Positions 8,486 to 17,627 of a stretch of DNA of 61,389 nucleotides are shown here, one piece after another. The DNA comes from a virus (lineage: Duplodnaviria > Caudoviricetes). The stretch is from the IMG/VR virus record IMGVR_UViG_3300031841_001859, positions 1 to 61,389 of that record; one strand, written 5' to 3'. Both the position numbers and the translations under genes were made by a program. The stretch's first letter is position 1. The number at the start of each line of letters is the position of its first letter. Under the pieces are notes generated by a model that had not been told where the DNA came from, did no database searches, and saw only the letters and a program-made list of their open reading frames with translations.

Positions 8486-9652
8486 ATGGCAACAACTAAA
8501 GTAAGAGGAGAGTTAGTAGATTTAAATGAAGCTGCTTCAGAGAGTGGACTAAAGATTCCTAGTGGAACAGAGTTAAATAGACCAACTGCTGCAGCTGGAC
8601 AAATCAGAAATAACACAAATGAAACTTCAGATGGTTCTGCTTCTTGTGAAGAGTATTATAGCGGAACGTCTTGGCAAAAAATTAATAATGTTGTTGTACC
8701 TGTTTATTTTAAAGCTCTTACTTACACAGGAACTGGTTCAACTCAATCTATCACAGGATTAGGCTTTCAGCCTGATTTTGTTTGGATGAAAAATACAAGT
8801 AATGTAGCTAATAATGTATTAGTTGACAGCAATAGAGGTAGAGATGGGGTATTATATTCAAATAGCTCAGCGCAAGAAGCTCCGTCACCAGCTGGAACAG
8901 ATTTAGTAAGTTTTGATTCAGATGGATTTACTGTAGGAACTAATAATAATGGAAATGTAAACGTTAATGGAAATTCTTACATAGCTTTCTGTTGGCAAGG
9001 GAATGGAGGTAATAATACATCAAATACAAATGGAAGTATTACAAGTACAGTACAAGCAAATACAAATTTAGGTTTTAGTATTGTAACATGGACTGGAACA
9101 GGAAGCAATGCAACTGTTGGTCATGGGTTAAGTTCAGCGCCAGAGTTTATCATTGTTAAAAATTATAGTGGTAATTATAGTTGGACTACAGGTTCAAGTG
9201 TTTTAAATGATGTTCTTGCATATTCAGATTTTAATGCTAACCAGTGGTCTCAATCGGGGAGTCCCTGGAACTCAACACAGCCTACAAGTTCTGTATTTAG
9301 CTTAGGAACTTATGTTGGTACAAATGGTTCTGGACAAAACATGCTTGCTTATTGTTTTCATTCTGTTGCTGGTTATTCTAAAATTGGAACGTATACAGGA
9401 ACTGGAAGTAGTAATTCAATTACTGGACTTGGGTTTCAGCCAAGCTGGGTAATGATAAAATGTACTTCTGCTGGGCCGGAGGACTGGCCTATATTTACCT
9501 CAGCTTTATCAAACAATTACACTACAGCAAACACTGATGCTACAGCTCAATCATTTACTTTTTCTTTTGATAGTGATGGATTTACAGTGCCAGCATCAAG
9601 TGGTATGACAAATGGAAATGGACAAAATTATATATACATGGCTTTTAAATAA
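8486..9652 (+). CDS. Tail fibre/receptor-binding protein
   Basis: YTGTG...GLGFQPDFVWMK, FDSDGFT, VGHGL..APE and YIYMAF repeats. Confidence 0.75.
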   Translation: MATTKVRGELVDLNEAASESGLKIPSGTELNRPTAAAGQIRNNTNETSDGSASCEEYYSGTSWQKINNVVVPVYFKALTYTGTGSTQSITGLGFQPDFVWMKNTSNVANNVLVDSNRGRDGVLYSNSSAQEAPSPAGTDLVSFDSDGFTVGTNNNGNVNVNGNSYIAFCWQGNGGNNTSNTNGSITSTVQANTNLGFSIVTWTGTGSNATVGHGLSSAPEFIIVKNYSGNYSWTTGSSVLNDVLAYSDFNANQWSQSGSPWNSTQPTSSVFSLGTYVGTNGSGQNMLAYCFHSVAGYSKIGTYTGTGSSNSITGLGFQPSWVMIKCTSAGPEDWPIFTSALSNNYTTANTDATAQSFTFSFDSDGFTVPASSGMTNGNGQNYIYMAFK

Positions 9653-9657
9653 TAGAT

Positions 9658-12600
9658 ATGGCAACAACAAAAATTACATCACCGGATTTCTTTGACTTAG
9701 CAAGTTTAAACACTGCTTTACAGTTGCCTAGTGGAACAACTGCAGAGAGACCGACTAGTCCAAGCACAGGTGAGTGGAGATATAACACGACTACTAACTT
9801 AGTAGAGTTTTGGGATGGGGGCGAATGGAGAGATTTACAATCCGAAGATTTACCGCCAGTGCCAAGTGAGAATTTTAATACGGTATTGTATAACGGTACA
9901 AGTGCTACCCATGCTATTACAGGTGTAGGATTTCAACCTGATTTAGTTTGGATAAAAGATAGAAATAATGGTGAATCACATATATGGAACGATTCAACAA
10001 GAGGCGCAGGTAACGATTTATCATCAAACTCAATAAACGCTCAAGCAAATAGGCCAACTGGTTTTACTTCTTTTGATAGTGATGGATTTACTTTAGGTAC
10101 AGATGGGGGTGGTGTTGTTAATGATTCAACTAGAGGGCCTTATGTCGCTTGGTGTTGGAAAGCTAACGGAGGAACTACGAGTAGTAATACGGATGGAACG
10201 ATTACAAGTACAGTGCAAGCAAATACAAAGGCTGGGTTTTCTATTATAAATTATACTGGGAATTTAACAGCAGGGGCAACTGTTGGTCACGGACTTGGCT
10301 CTACTCCAGAATTAATAATATTTAAACCTTTAGTTGGCGCTGCAGGATGGAAAGTTTATAGTAACCAATTATCTGACCCAGCAAATAAAGTATTATCACT
10401 TCAAGATTCTCACGCTGAATTAACTATTAACGCTTTTAATGGAACGCTTCCAAATTCTTCAGTTATAACTTTAGCAGCTTACGGAGATACAAATAGAACC
10501 TCTTCAATTATAGCGTATGCTTTTAAATCAGTAGCAGGATATTCAAAAACAGGTTCATACACAGGGAATGGTTCAGATAATGGGCCAATTATAAACACAG
10601 GATTTGAGCCTGCGTTTGTTATAATTAAAAGGACTGACACTGCTGATAACTGGTCTATGACTGATAATAAAAGGTCAACATCTAATCCTAGAGATAAAGC
10701 ACTTTTTCCTAATTTAACTCAATCTGAATTAACATCTGGTTATTCAGTAAATTATTTATCTAATGGTTTTCAAATAGCTACATCAGGTGCAGGTGTTAAC
10801 GCATCAGGAGGTACATTTCTTTACATAGCCTTTGCTGCAGACCAATCTGCTGCGCCAGTATTAGCGGATAGTTTTGCAAATAAATTATATACAGGGACTG
10901 GTAGTTCTCAATCTATAACAGGATTAGGTTTTAGCCCTAATTATGTTTGGATGAAACAAAGGTCGTTTGTTGATAATCATTATAATATGGATTCACTGAG
11001 AGGAGCAGCATTTAGAATACATAGTAATTTAACTGCAGCACAAAATGGACCTGATACAAATAGATTTACCTCTTTCGACACAGATGGGTTTACTATAGGT
11101 AGTGACCCTTCTGTAAATCAAGCTGGTTCAGATTTTGTTACTTGGAACTGGAAGGCAAATCCAAGTCCTACAATTAACACAGATGGTTCATCACAATCGG
11201 TAGTTAGCGCCAATCAAGCAGCTGGGTTCAGTATTGTTCAAGGAACAGCATCAGGAGGTCTTAACACTGTCAATAGTTTTGGTCACGGACTTGGTGTAAA
11301 ACCTGATTTGATTATTATTAAATCAACATCATCTGTAGATAATTGGTATGTTTATAATTCTATATCAGGTGCAGGTAAATCTTTGTATCTTAACGACACG
11401 GCTGCAGAATTTTCAACAACAAATGTTTGGGCTAATACTGAACCAACAGCATCAGTTTTTTCTATTAAAGATGGGCAAACTGTGAGTGTAGGTGCTACAT
11501 TTATTACCTACTGTTTTGCTTCTATATCAGGATTTAGCAAGATTGGAAGTTATACTGGTAATGGGAGTTCATCTGGTCCAACTGTAACAACAGGGTTTCA
11601 GCCAAGCTGGATAATGATTAAAAGAACTGATGCAGGTGGCACAAATTGGAATATTATGGATAGTACAAGAGGTAATTCTGATTATCTTTTAGCTGCCAAT
11701 ACAGATGGAGCAGAAGTTACAAGTGAAACACCATTAAACACAACTTCAACAGGATTTGTAATTACAGAATCAAGCGCCTATATAAACGCATCAGGAGGAA
11801 CTTACATCTACATGGCCTTTAAAGAAAACCCAGTGCAATACGCTATACCATCTGGAGAAATGGCGTTTTTAGTAGCCGCTGGTGGAGGTGGTGGAGGTTT
11901 TAATGAAGGAGCTGGAGGTGGAGCTGGAGGATTAAGAACTTCGTACGGGCTTACTTCTGGAGGTGGTGCAAGCGCAGAAAGCAATTTAACCTTAGCATCC
12001 GGTACTTACACAATTACAGTAGGTGGAGGTGGTATAGCTGGTACTTATACACCTACTTGGGCGCCAGGTGGAGATGGTTCGGTTTCATCAATAACAGGTT
12101 TAGTATCTATTACTACTGTAGGTGGTGGTGGAGGAGGAACAGGTGTTTCTGCTCAAGTCCCAGACATACAGCCAGGAAGAGATGGTGGTTCTGGTGGTGG
12201 AGGTTCAAGAGGTCCAAATAAACCAGGTGGTAGCGGAACAGCTAATCAAGGATTCGCTGGTGGAGCATCAAATGTAAGTAACGGTGACAGTGCTGGTGGA
12301 GGTGGTGGAGCTACTCAAGCTGGGCAAGTGCCTCCAGGAGCTGGAGGGGCAGACGGAGGTAATGGACTTACATCTGCAATTACAGGAAGCAATAGTGGTT
12401 ATGCTGGTGGAGGTGGAGGTGGAAGTTATACTGGAGGTGGCCCTGTTGGATTAGGAAAACACGGAGGTGGAGCAGGAGTTACAACTGGAACTCCTAATGC
12501 AGGAGTTGTAAACACTGGTGGAGGAGCTGGTGGAGGTGGTGGTTCTGGACTTGATTCAGCAAGAATAGGTGGTGTAGGAGGTTCTGGTGTAGTAATACTA

Positions 12601-12714
12601 AGAATGAACACGTCTGATTACTCTGGAAGTACAACTGGTTCACCGACTGTAACGACAGTAGGAACTGAAACCGTATTAACATATACAGGTAGTGGAACAT
12701 ACGTACATTCGTAA
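9658..12714 (+). CDS. Long tail fibre: two GFQPD-type modules plus a Gly-rich C-terminal domain
   Basis: Same modules as 8486-9652 and 6483-7493. Confidence 0.75.
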   Translation: MATTKITSPDFFDLASLNTALQLPSGTTAERPTSPSTGEWRYNTTTNLVEFWDGGEWRDLQSEDLPPVPSENFNTVLYNGTSATHAITGVGFQPDLVWIKDRNNGESHIWNDSTRGAGNDLSSNSINAQANRPTGFTSFDSDGFTLGTDGGGVVNDSTRGPYVAWCWKANGGTTSSNTDGTITSTVQANTKAGFSIINYTGNLTAGATVGHGLGSTPELIIFKPLVGAAGWKVYSNQLSDPANKVLSLQDSHAELTINAFNGTLPNSSVITLAAYGDTNRTSSIIAYAFKSVAGYSKTGSYTGNGSDNGPIINTGFEPAFVIIKRTDTADNWSMTDNKRSTSNPRDKALFPNLTQSELTSGYSVNYLSNGFQIATSGAGVNASGGTFLYIAFAADQSAAPVLADSFANKLYTGTGSSQSITGLGFSPNYVWMKQRSFVDNHYNMDSLRGAAFRIHSNLTAAQNGPDTNRFTSFDTDGFTIGSDPSVNQAGSDFVTWNWKANPSPTINTDGSSQSVVSANQAAGFSIVQGTASGGLNTVNSFGHGLGVKPDLIIIKSTSSVDNWYVYNSISGAGKSLYLNDTAAEFSTTNVWANTEPTASVFSIKDGQTVSVGATFITYCFASISGFSKIGSYTGNGSSSGPTVTTGFQPSWIMIKRTDAGGTNWNIMDSTRGNSDYLLAANTDGAEVTSETPLNTTSTGFVITESSAYINASGGTYIYMAFKENPVQYAIPSGEMAFLVAAGGGGGGFNEGAGGGAGGLRTSYGLTSGGGASAESNLTLASGTYTITVGGGGIAGTYTPTWAPGGDGSVSSITGLVSITTVGGGGGGTGVSAQVPDIQPGRDGGSGGGGSRGPNKPGGSGTANQGFAGGASNVSNGDSAGGGGGATQAGQVPPGAGGADGGNGLTSAITGSNSGYAGGGGGGSYTGGGPVGLGKHGGGAGVTTGTPNAGVVNTGGGAGGGGGSGLDSARIGGVGGSGVVILRMNTSDYSGSTTGSPTVTTVGTETVLTYTGSGTYVHS

Positions 12715-12747
12715 ATAAAATTTAATTAATTTTGTAAAAAATAAATT

Positions 12748-13128
12748 ATGGCACATTTTGCAGAACTTGATGATAACAACACAGTACTACAAGTAATTGT
12801 TGTACACAACAATGAACTGCTTGGAGCTGATGGAAATGAGTATGAAGAAAAAGGCGTTCAGTTTTGTGAGACCTTATTTGGCCACGCAAACTGGAAACAA
12901 ACTTCTTACAATCATAACATAAGAAAACAATTTGCTGGAGTTGGTTATACTTACGACCCTGACAAAGATGTCTTTGTTGCACCGCAACCTTTTCCAAGTT
13001 GGTCTTTAGACGATAACAGTGATTGGCAAGCCCCAACGCCAATGCCAGAGGACGATAACCTATATAGCTGGAATGAGGAAACTCAAGATTGGGATTTAGT
13101 TGAACCTATTAATGATGACACAGAATAA
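12748..13128 (+). CDS. MAHFA-type fibre-associated protein
   Basis: WKQTSYN..IRKQFAGVGYTYD...APQPFPSW...WQAP...WNE. Confidence 0.7.
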   Translation: MAHFAELDDNNTVLQVIVVHNNELLGADGNEYEEKGVQFCETLFGHANWKQTSYNHNIRKQFAGVGYTYDPDKDVFVAPQPFPSWSLDDNSDWQAPTPMPEDDNLYSWNEETQDWDLVEPINDDTE

Positions 13129-13129
13129 C

Positions 13130-13276
13130 ATGAATTTAGATTTTGAACCTACGGTACTTGGTATAACGGTTTTGGCAATCAGTGTAGTTGAAATAAATGA
13201 AGTGTTGCAAAGCATTTTGCTTTTAGCAACTATAGTTTATACCATCATTAAAGTTTACCAGTTATTAAAAAAATAA
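13130..13276 (+). CDS. Small hydrophobic membrane peptide, holin/antiholin-like (48 aa)
   Basis: MNLDFEPTVLGITVLAISVVEINEVLQSILLLATIVYTIIKVYQLLKK; directly upstream of the endolysin. Confidence 0.65.
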   Translation: MNLDFEPTVLGITVLAISVVEINEVLQSILLLATIVYTIIKVYQLLKK

Positions 13277-13725
13277 GCCCACATATATCTTACAAAGAAG
13301 CAGTCAAATCAAATACAGCATTAAGACTGGATATTGATAATACTCCTGATGCTTATGCGCTTTCTAATATGGAAGCTGTTGCAAAGCATATATTTGAACC
13401 ACTGCGTGAGTGGGTAGGAGGGCCAATTAAAATAAATTCATTTTACAGAAATCCAGATTTGAATACTGCTATCGGCGGAAGTGACAAGTCACAACATTGC
13501 CAGGGTAGAGCGATTGATTTAGACGATACATTCGGCCATAAAACAAACGCCGAAATGTATAACTACATAAAAGAAAACTTAAACTTTGACCAGATGATAT
13601 GGGAGTTTGGTAATGACAATAATCCTGATTGGGTGCACGTATCTTATGTAAGTCCAGACGAGAATAGAGGAAGATGTTTAAAAGCATATATAGAAAATGG
13701 TAAATCTAAATACATGGTTATATGA
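13264..13725 (+). CDS. Endolysin, peptidase M15A (first ATG 13369; frame open from 13252, start uncertain)
   Basis: INSFYR...LNTAIGGS..SQHCQGRAIDLD...FDQMIWEFG...WVHVSY. Confidence 0.85.
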   Translation: MKKISPHISYKEAVKSNTALRLDIDNTPDAYALSNMEAVAKHIFEPLREWVGGPIKINSFYRNPDLNTAIGGSDKSQHCQGRAIDLDDTFGHKTNAEMYNYIKENLNFDQMIWEFGNDNNPDWVHVSYVSPDENRGRCLKAYIENGKSKYMVI

Positions 13726-14180
13726 GTAAGAAAAAATTTAAAGACACAAAAGTAGGCAAGTTCTTATCAGGAGCTGGTTCTTCCATTATAGATTCTTTTG
13801 GAGATGTACTTCCAGACAAAGGAGTAATGGGTGTAGTTAAAAACTTAATTAAGAAAGACCCTGTACTTCCAGCTGAAGATAAAGAAAAAGCATTAGCCTT
13901 ACTACAGCAAGATACTATTGAAATGCAAGAAGTATCTAAACGCTGGGCCAGTGATATGCAGAGTGATTCTTGGTTATCCAAAAATACTAGACCACTGGCT
14001 TTAATATTTTTAACAATATCAATGGTGGTATTAATATTTGTTGACTCAACAGGCGGATGGTTTGATGTAGACAGTGGGTGGGTTGACCTTCTTAAATCTT
14101 TATTAATTACTGTTTATGTAGCATACTTCGGCTCAAGAGGAGCGGAGAAATTTAAATCAATTCAAAAAAATGGCTCGTAA
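13722..14180 (+). CDS. Holin (3TM gene-transfer-release type)
   Basis: RWASDM.SDSWLSKNTRPL, two TM segments, AYFGSRG.EK. Confidence 0.75.
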   Translation: MSKKKFKDTKVGKFLSGAGSSIIDSFGDVLPDKGVMGVVKNLIKKDPVLPAEDKEKALALLQQDTIEMQEVSKRWASDMQSDSWLSKNTRPLALIFLTISMVVLIFVDSTGGWFDVDSGWVDLLKSLLITVYVAYFGSRGAEKFKSIQKNGS

Positions 14181-14304
14181 TATTGCTTTCGCATATATCG
14201 AAAGACCAAAAAAGCGTAGACCTGGTGTACACGCAAAAACAAAATCATCTAAACTTAAATCATCTAAAAATTACCTCAAAAGATATAAAGGTCAGGGCAG
14301 GTAA
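14170..14304 (+). CDS. Small basic protein ending YKGQGR (44 aa)
   Basis: MARNIAFAYIERPKKRRPGVHAKTKSSKLKSSKNYLKRYKGQGR. Confidence 0.6.
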   Translation: MARNIAFAYIERPKKRRPGVHAKTKSSKLKSSKNYLKRYKGQGR

Positions 14305-14340
14305 ATAATTTATATCTTTGTATTAATTAAATTTAATCTA

Positions 14341-14565
14341 ATGGATATAAGAAAAATCTCTATTGGCCAAGACTATAAGTCTAGTGCAATGCACTACATA
14401 GTAGGTCAAGAGGTATTAGGAGGTAAATACGTAATACATTTAATACAGCACGTACAGCAATCAGATAGTATTAAGATTTGGATACAACACAATGACGAGA
14501 TTTTTTTGTGGAAAGAGTTTAACTCTAATATGCCCGTCTCGATAGAATATAATATTAATTTTTAA
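14341..14565 (+). CDS. Hypothetical protein
   Basis: IRKISIG.DYK..AMHY.VGQ...WKEFN.NMPVSIEYNI; has its own -7 element and leader motif. Confidence 0.7.
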   Translation: MDIRKISIGQDYKSSAMHYIVGQEVLGGKYVIHLIQHVQQSDSIKIWIQHNDEIFLWKEFNSNMPVSIEYNINF

Positions 14566-15128
14566 TGAGGTCACCATTTTATTTTATTGTAAAACCTTTA
14601 GATGACAAAAGGTATACAAATACAAAAAACATAGAGGGCATGGAGTTTATTACTAGCACCTCAGAAGAAAATTACAAAGCTTCAAACAGACAAGGTGTAG
14701 TAGTGGCAGTGCCTCTTGGTTATGATGGGCCAATAAAAGTTGGCGATATACTTCTTGTACATCATAATGTCTTTAAGTTTTACAATGACATGAAGGGAAG
14801 AGTAAAATCTGGTAAAAGTTTTTTTAAAGACAATTTATTCTTTATTGAGAATGACCAGTTTTTTATGTACAAACAAGATGATATGTGGCATTGTCATGAC
14901 AGGTATTGTTTTGTAAAACCTGTAGAAAAAGAAGAATCATTTATATCAAAGCTGGGAACTGAAGAACCTCTTGTTGGTATTATGAAATACCCAAACAAAT
15001 ATTTATCTTCACAAGGAGTAAACAAAGGAGATAAAATATCTTTTAAACCAGATAGTGAATATGAATTTATGGTAGATGATGAGAAGTTGTATAGAATGTA
15101 TGACCACCAAATAACAATGGTATTATGA
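14565..15128 (+). CDS. GroES-like protein with tandem domains
   Basis: FIVKP...GVVVAVP...IKVGDILLVHHN, then a second FVKP...G.MKY...KGDKISF unit. Confidence 0.6.
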   Translation: MRSPFYFIVKPLDDKRYTNTKNIEGMEFITSTSEENYKASNRQGVVVAVPLGYDGPIKVGDILLVHHNVFKFYNDMKGRVKSGKSFFKDNLFFIENDQFFMYKQDDMWHCHDRYCFVKPVEKEESFISKLGTEEPLVGIMKYPNKYLSSQGVNKGDKISFKPDSEYEFMVDDEKLYRMYDHQITMVL

Positions 15129-15403
15129 ACTCAGAGGAATTAAAAAAAGAAATTATTCACGCAGGTCGTAGAGCTGTTGAGCAACTAATAAAAGTTGCTA
15201 AAGAAGATATTATAAAGCCCGACCCTGATGATGAACTGGCGGCAGATAGATTAAAGAACGCAGCAGCAACAAAGAAGCTTGCTATATTTGATGCGTTTGA
15301 GATTCTAAATAAAATAGATTCAGAGGAAGAGGTAATAAACTCTGGAGGACACGTAGATAAAACAAATACAAAACAAGGGTTTGCTGAACGAAGGTCAAAA
15401 TAA
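15125..15403 (+). CDS. Putative terminase small subunit
   Basis: Helical protein overlapping the start of the large subunit. Confidence 0.45.
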   Translation: MNSEELKKEIIHAGRRAVEQLIKVAKEDIIKPDPDDELAADRLKNAAATKKLAIFDAFEILNKIDSEEEVINSGGHVDKTNTKQGFAERRSK

Positions 15404-17627
15404 TTTATATCACGTAATAAAAGATTACATACCTAAAGCTGTTTTTGCAAAAAAAAATAGAGCTAAGACATGGCTGTATGGCTATAATGAAAAGTATGAT
15501 GTAGTAGTTATAAGCAAGTCGGGCCAGATAGGAACTATAATAAATATAAATGGATTAGCTATTGCCTTACCTAAAGAAGCTGAAACAATATATAAACGCT
15601 CAGATAAAAAAGAAAAACAATACTGGGAAAGGCATGAGCTTCCAAAAGATTTAACTAGAATTAATTCTATATTTCAATGGAATGAAAGGCCTCCTCTTTT
15701 TAAAAACAAGTGGGTGGATTATATCGAAGAAGAATTTGATAGAAGAGAACTTGGATTTTGGTTTTACAACAACGGAAAACCTACATACATTACAGGTGCT
15801 CATTATATGTATTTACAATGGACAAGTATTGATGTGGGGTATCCTGATTTTAGAGAAGCAAACAGAATATTCTTTTTATACTGGGAGGCTTGTAAGGCTG
15901 ATAATAGATGTTTTGGAATGGATTATTTAAAAATAAGACGTTCAGGTTTTTCTTTTATGGGGTCATCAGAATGTGTAAACACAGGAACTTTAGTAAAAGA
16001 TTCTAGGGTTGGTATATTATCAAAGACAGGTGCTGATGCTAAAAAAATGTTTACAGATAAAGTTGTGCCTATTGCAAACAGACTGCCATTCTTTTTCAAA
16101 CCCATACAAGATGGTATGGATAAACCAAAAACAGAATTAGCTTTTAGAATACCAGCTTCTAAGATTACAAAGAAAAATATGTATGATAGTTTTGATGAAG
16201 AGTTAACTGGACTTGATACAACTATTGACTGGAAAAATACAGATGACAACTCTTATGATGGTGAAAAGCTTTTACTTCTTGTACATGATGAATCTGGTAA
16301 ATGGATAAAACCTAATAATATTTTAAATAACTGGCGTGTAACTAAAACTTGTTTAAGATTAGGAAGTAAAATTATTGGTAAATGTATGATGGGTTCTACT
16401 TCAAATGCTCTTGATAAAGGTGGTAATAATTTTAAAAAGCTATATGAAGATTCAAATGTATTAAATAGAAATGCAAATGGACAAACAAAATCAGGTTTAT
16501 ATTCTTTATTTGTTCCTATGGAATGGAATATGGAAGGGTTCATAGATAGATATGGTATGCCGGTATTTTATAAACCTAGCAAACCAGTTGCCGGTGTAGA
16601 CGGTGAATGGATTACAAATGGAGCAATAGACTATTGGGAGGCAGAAGTGGATTCACTCAAAAAAGATGCAGATGCTTTAAATGAATTTTATAGACAGTTT
16701 CCAAGAACAGAATCACACGCATTTAGAGATGAAAGTAAGTCTTCATTATTTAATTTATCTAAAATATATCAGCAGATTGATTACAATGATTCTTTAATTA
16801 TGCCTCAGCACGTTACTCAGGGTAGGTTTTATTGGAAAGACGGTGTAAAAGACTCAGAAGTAATATGGACTCCGGACTCAAGAGGTAGGTTTAAAGTTTC
16901 CTGGACTCCAAACAAAGGGCTTACTAATAAAAAAATATCAAAGCATGGAATCTTTTTTCCAGTAAATGAGCATATAGGGGCGTTTGGTTGTGATAGTTAT
17001 GATATTTCTGGAACAGTAGGAGGTGGAGGTTCTAATGGAGCGTTGCATGGTTTAACTAAATACAATATGGAAGAAGCTCCTAGTAATGAGTTTTTTTTAG
17101 AATATGTTTCAAGACCACAAACGGCCGAGATATTTTTTGAAGATGTATTGATGGCTTGTGTATTTTATAGTATGCCAATATTGGTAGAGAATAACAAACC
17201 TAGATTACTGTATCATTTTAAAAACAGAGGGTATAGAGGGTTTAGCATGAACAGACCTGACAAGCATTACAACAAATTATCAAAGACAGAAAAAGAGCTT
17301 GGTGGTATACCGAACACTTCTGAAGATGTAAAACAATCACACGCAGCAGCTATAGAATCATACATAGAGAAGTACGTTGGCATAGATTTAGACTCAGTTT
17401 ATAGGTCTTCAGATGAGATGGGCTCTATGTATTTTACAAGAACCCTAGAAGACTGGGCAAGGTTTGATATAAGTAATAGAACTAAGTTTGATGCTAGTAT
17501 AAGTTCAGGTCTTGCTATAATGGCTAATCAAAAGAATGTTTATCTTCCAGAAAAAAAACAATCAAAAATAAGTCTTAACTTTGCAACATATAATAATAAA
17601 GGAATATTAAGTGAATTAATTAGATGA
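15381..17627 (+). CDS. terL: Terminase large subunit
   Basis: KIRRSGFS (Walker A-like), LLVHDESGKW (Walker B), MGSTS, and nuclease FGCDSYD; precedes portal. Confidence 0.9.
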   Translation: MLNEGQNNLYHVIKDYIPKAVFAKKNRAKTWLYGYNEKYDVVVISKSGQIGTIININGLAIALPKEAETIYKRSDKKEKQYWERHELPKDLTRINSIFQWNERPPLFKNKWVDYIEEEFDRRELGFWFYNNGKPTYITGAHYMYLQWTSIDVGYPDFREANRIFFLYWEACKADNRCFGMDYLKIRRSGFSFMGSSECVNTGTLVKDSRVGILSKTGADAKKMFTDKVVPIANRLPFFFKPIQDGMDKPKTELAFRIPASKITKKNMYDSFDEELTGLDTTIDWKNTDDNSYDGEKLLLLVHDESGKWIKPNNILNNWRVTKTCLRLGSKIIGKCMMGSTSNALDKGGNNFKKLYEDSNVLNRNANGQTKSGLYSLFVPMEWNMEGFIDRYGMPVFYKPSKPVAGVDGEWITNGAIDYWEAEVDSLKKDADALNEFYRQFPRTESHAFRDESKSSLFNLSKIYQQIDYNDSLIMPQHVTQGRFYWKDGVKDSEVIWTPDSRGRFKVSWTPNKGLTNKKISKHGIFFPVNEHIGAFGCDSYDISGTVGGGGSNGALHGLTKYNMEEAPSNEFFLEYVSRPQTAEIFFEDVLMACVFYSMPILVENNKPRLLYHFKNRGYRGFSMNRPDKHYNKLSKTEKELGGIPNTSEDVKQSHAAAIESYIEKYVGIDLDSVYRSSDEMGSMYFTRTLEDWARFDISNRTKFDASISSGLAIMANQKNVYLPEKKQSKISLNFATYNNKGILSELIR

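Noticed and set aside
6483-12714. Diversity-generating retroelement acting on the fibres
   Set aside because: No reverse transcriptase seen; the repeats are short and in coding paralogs, with no ~100-bp template/variable pair.
15923-16543. Antisense and alternate-frame ORFs in the track (also 18586, 22420, 36840, 41099, 42773, 57848, 60595, 60955 and others)
   Set aside because: They are shadows of long, motif-bearing genes on the opposite strand, with no recognisable motifs of their own.
15381-17627. Intein or intron in terminase, primase or helicase
   Set aside because: The ORFs are continuous, of plausible length, with no splice-junction or homing-endonuclease motifs seen.
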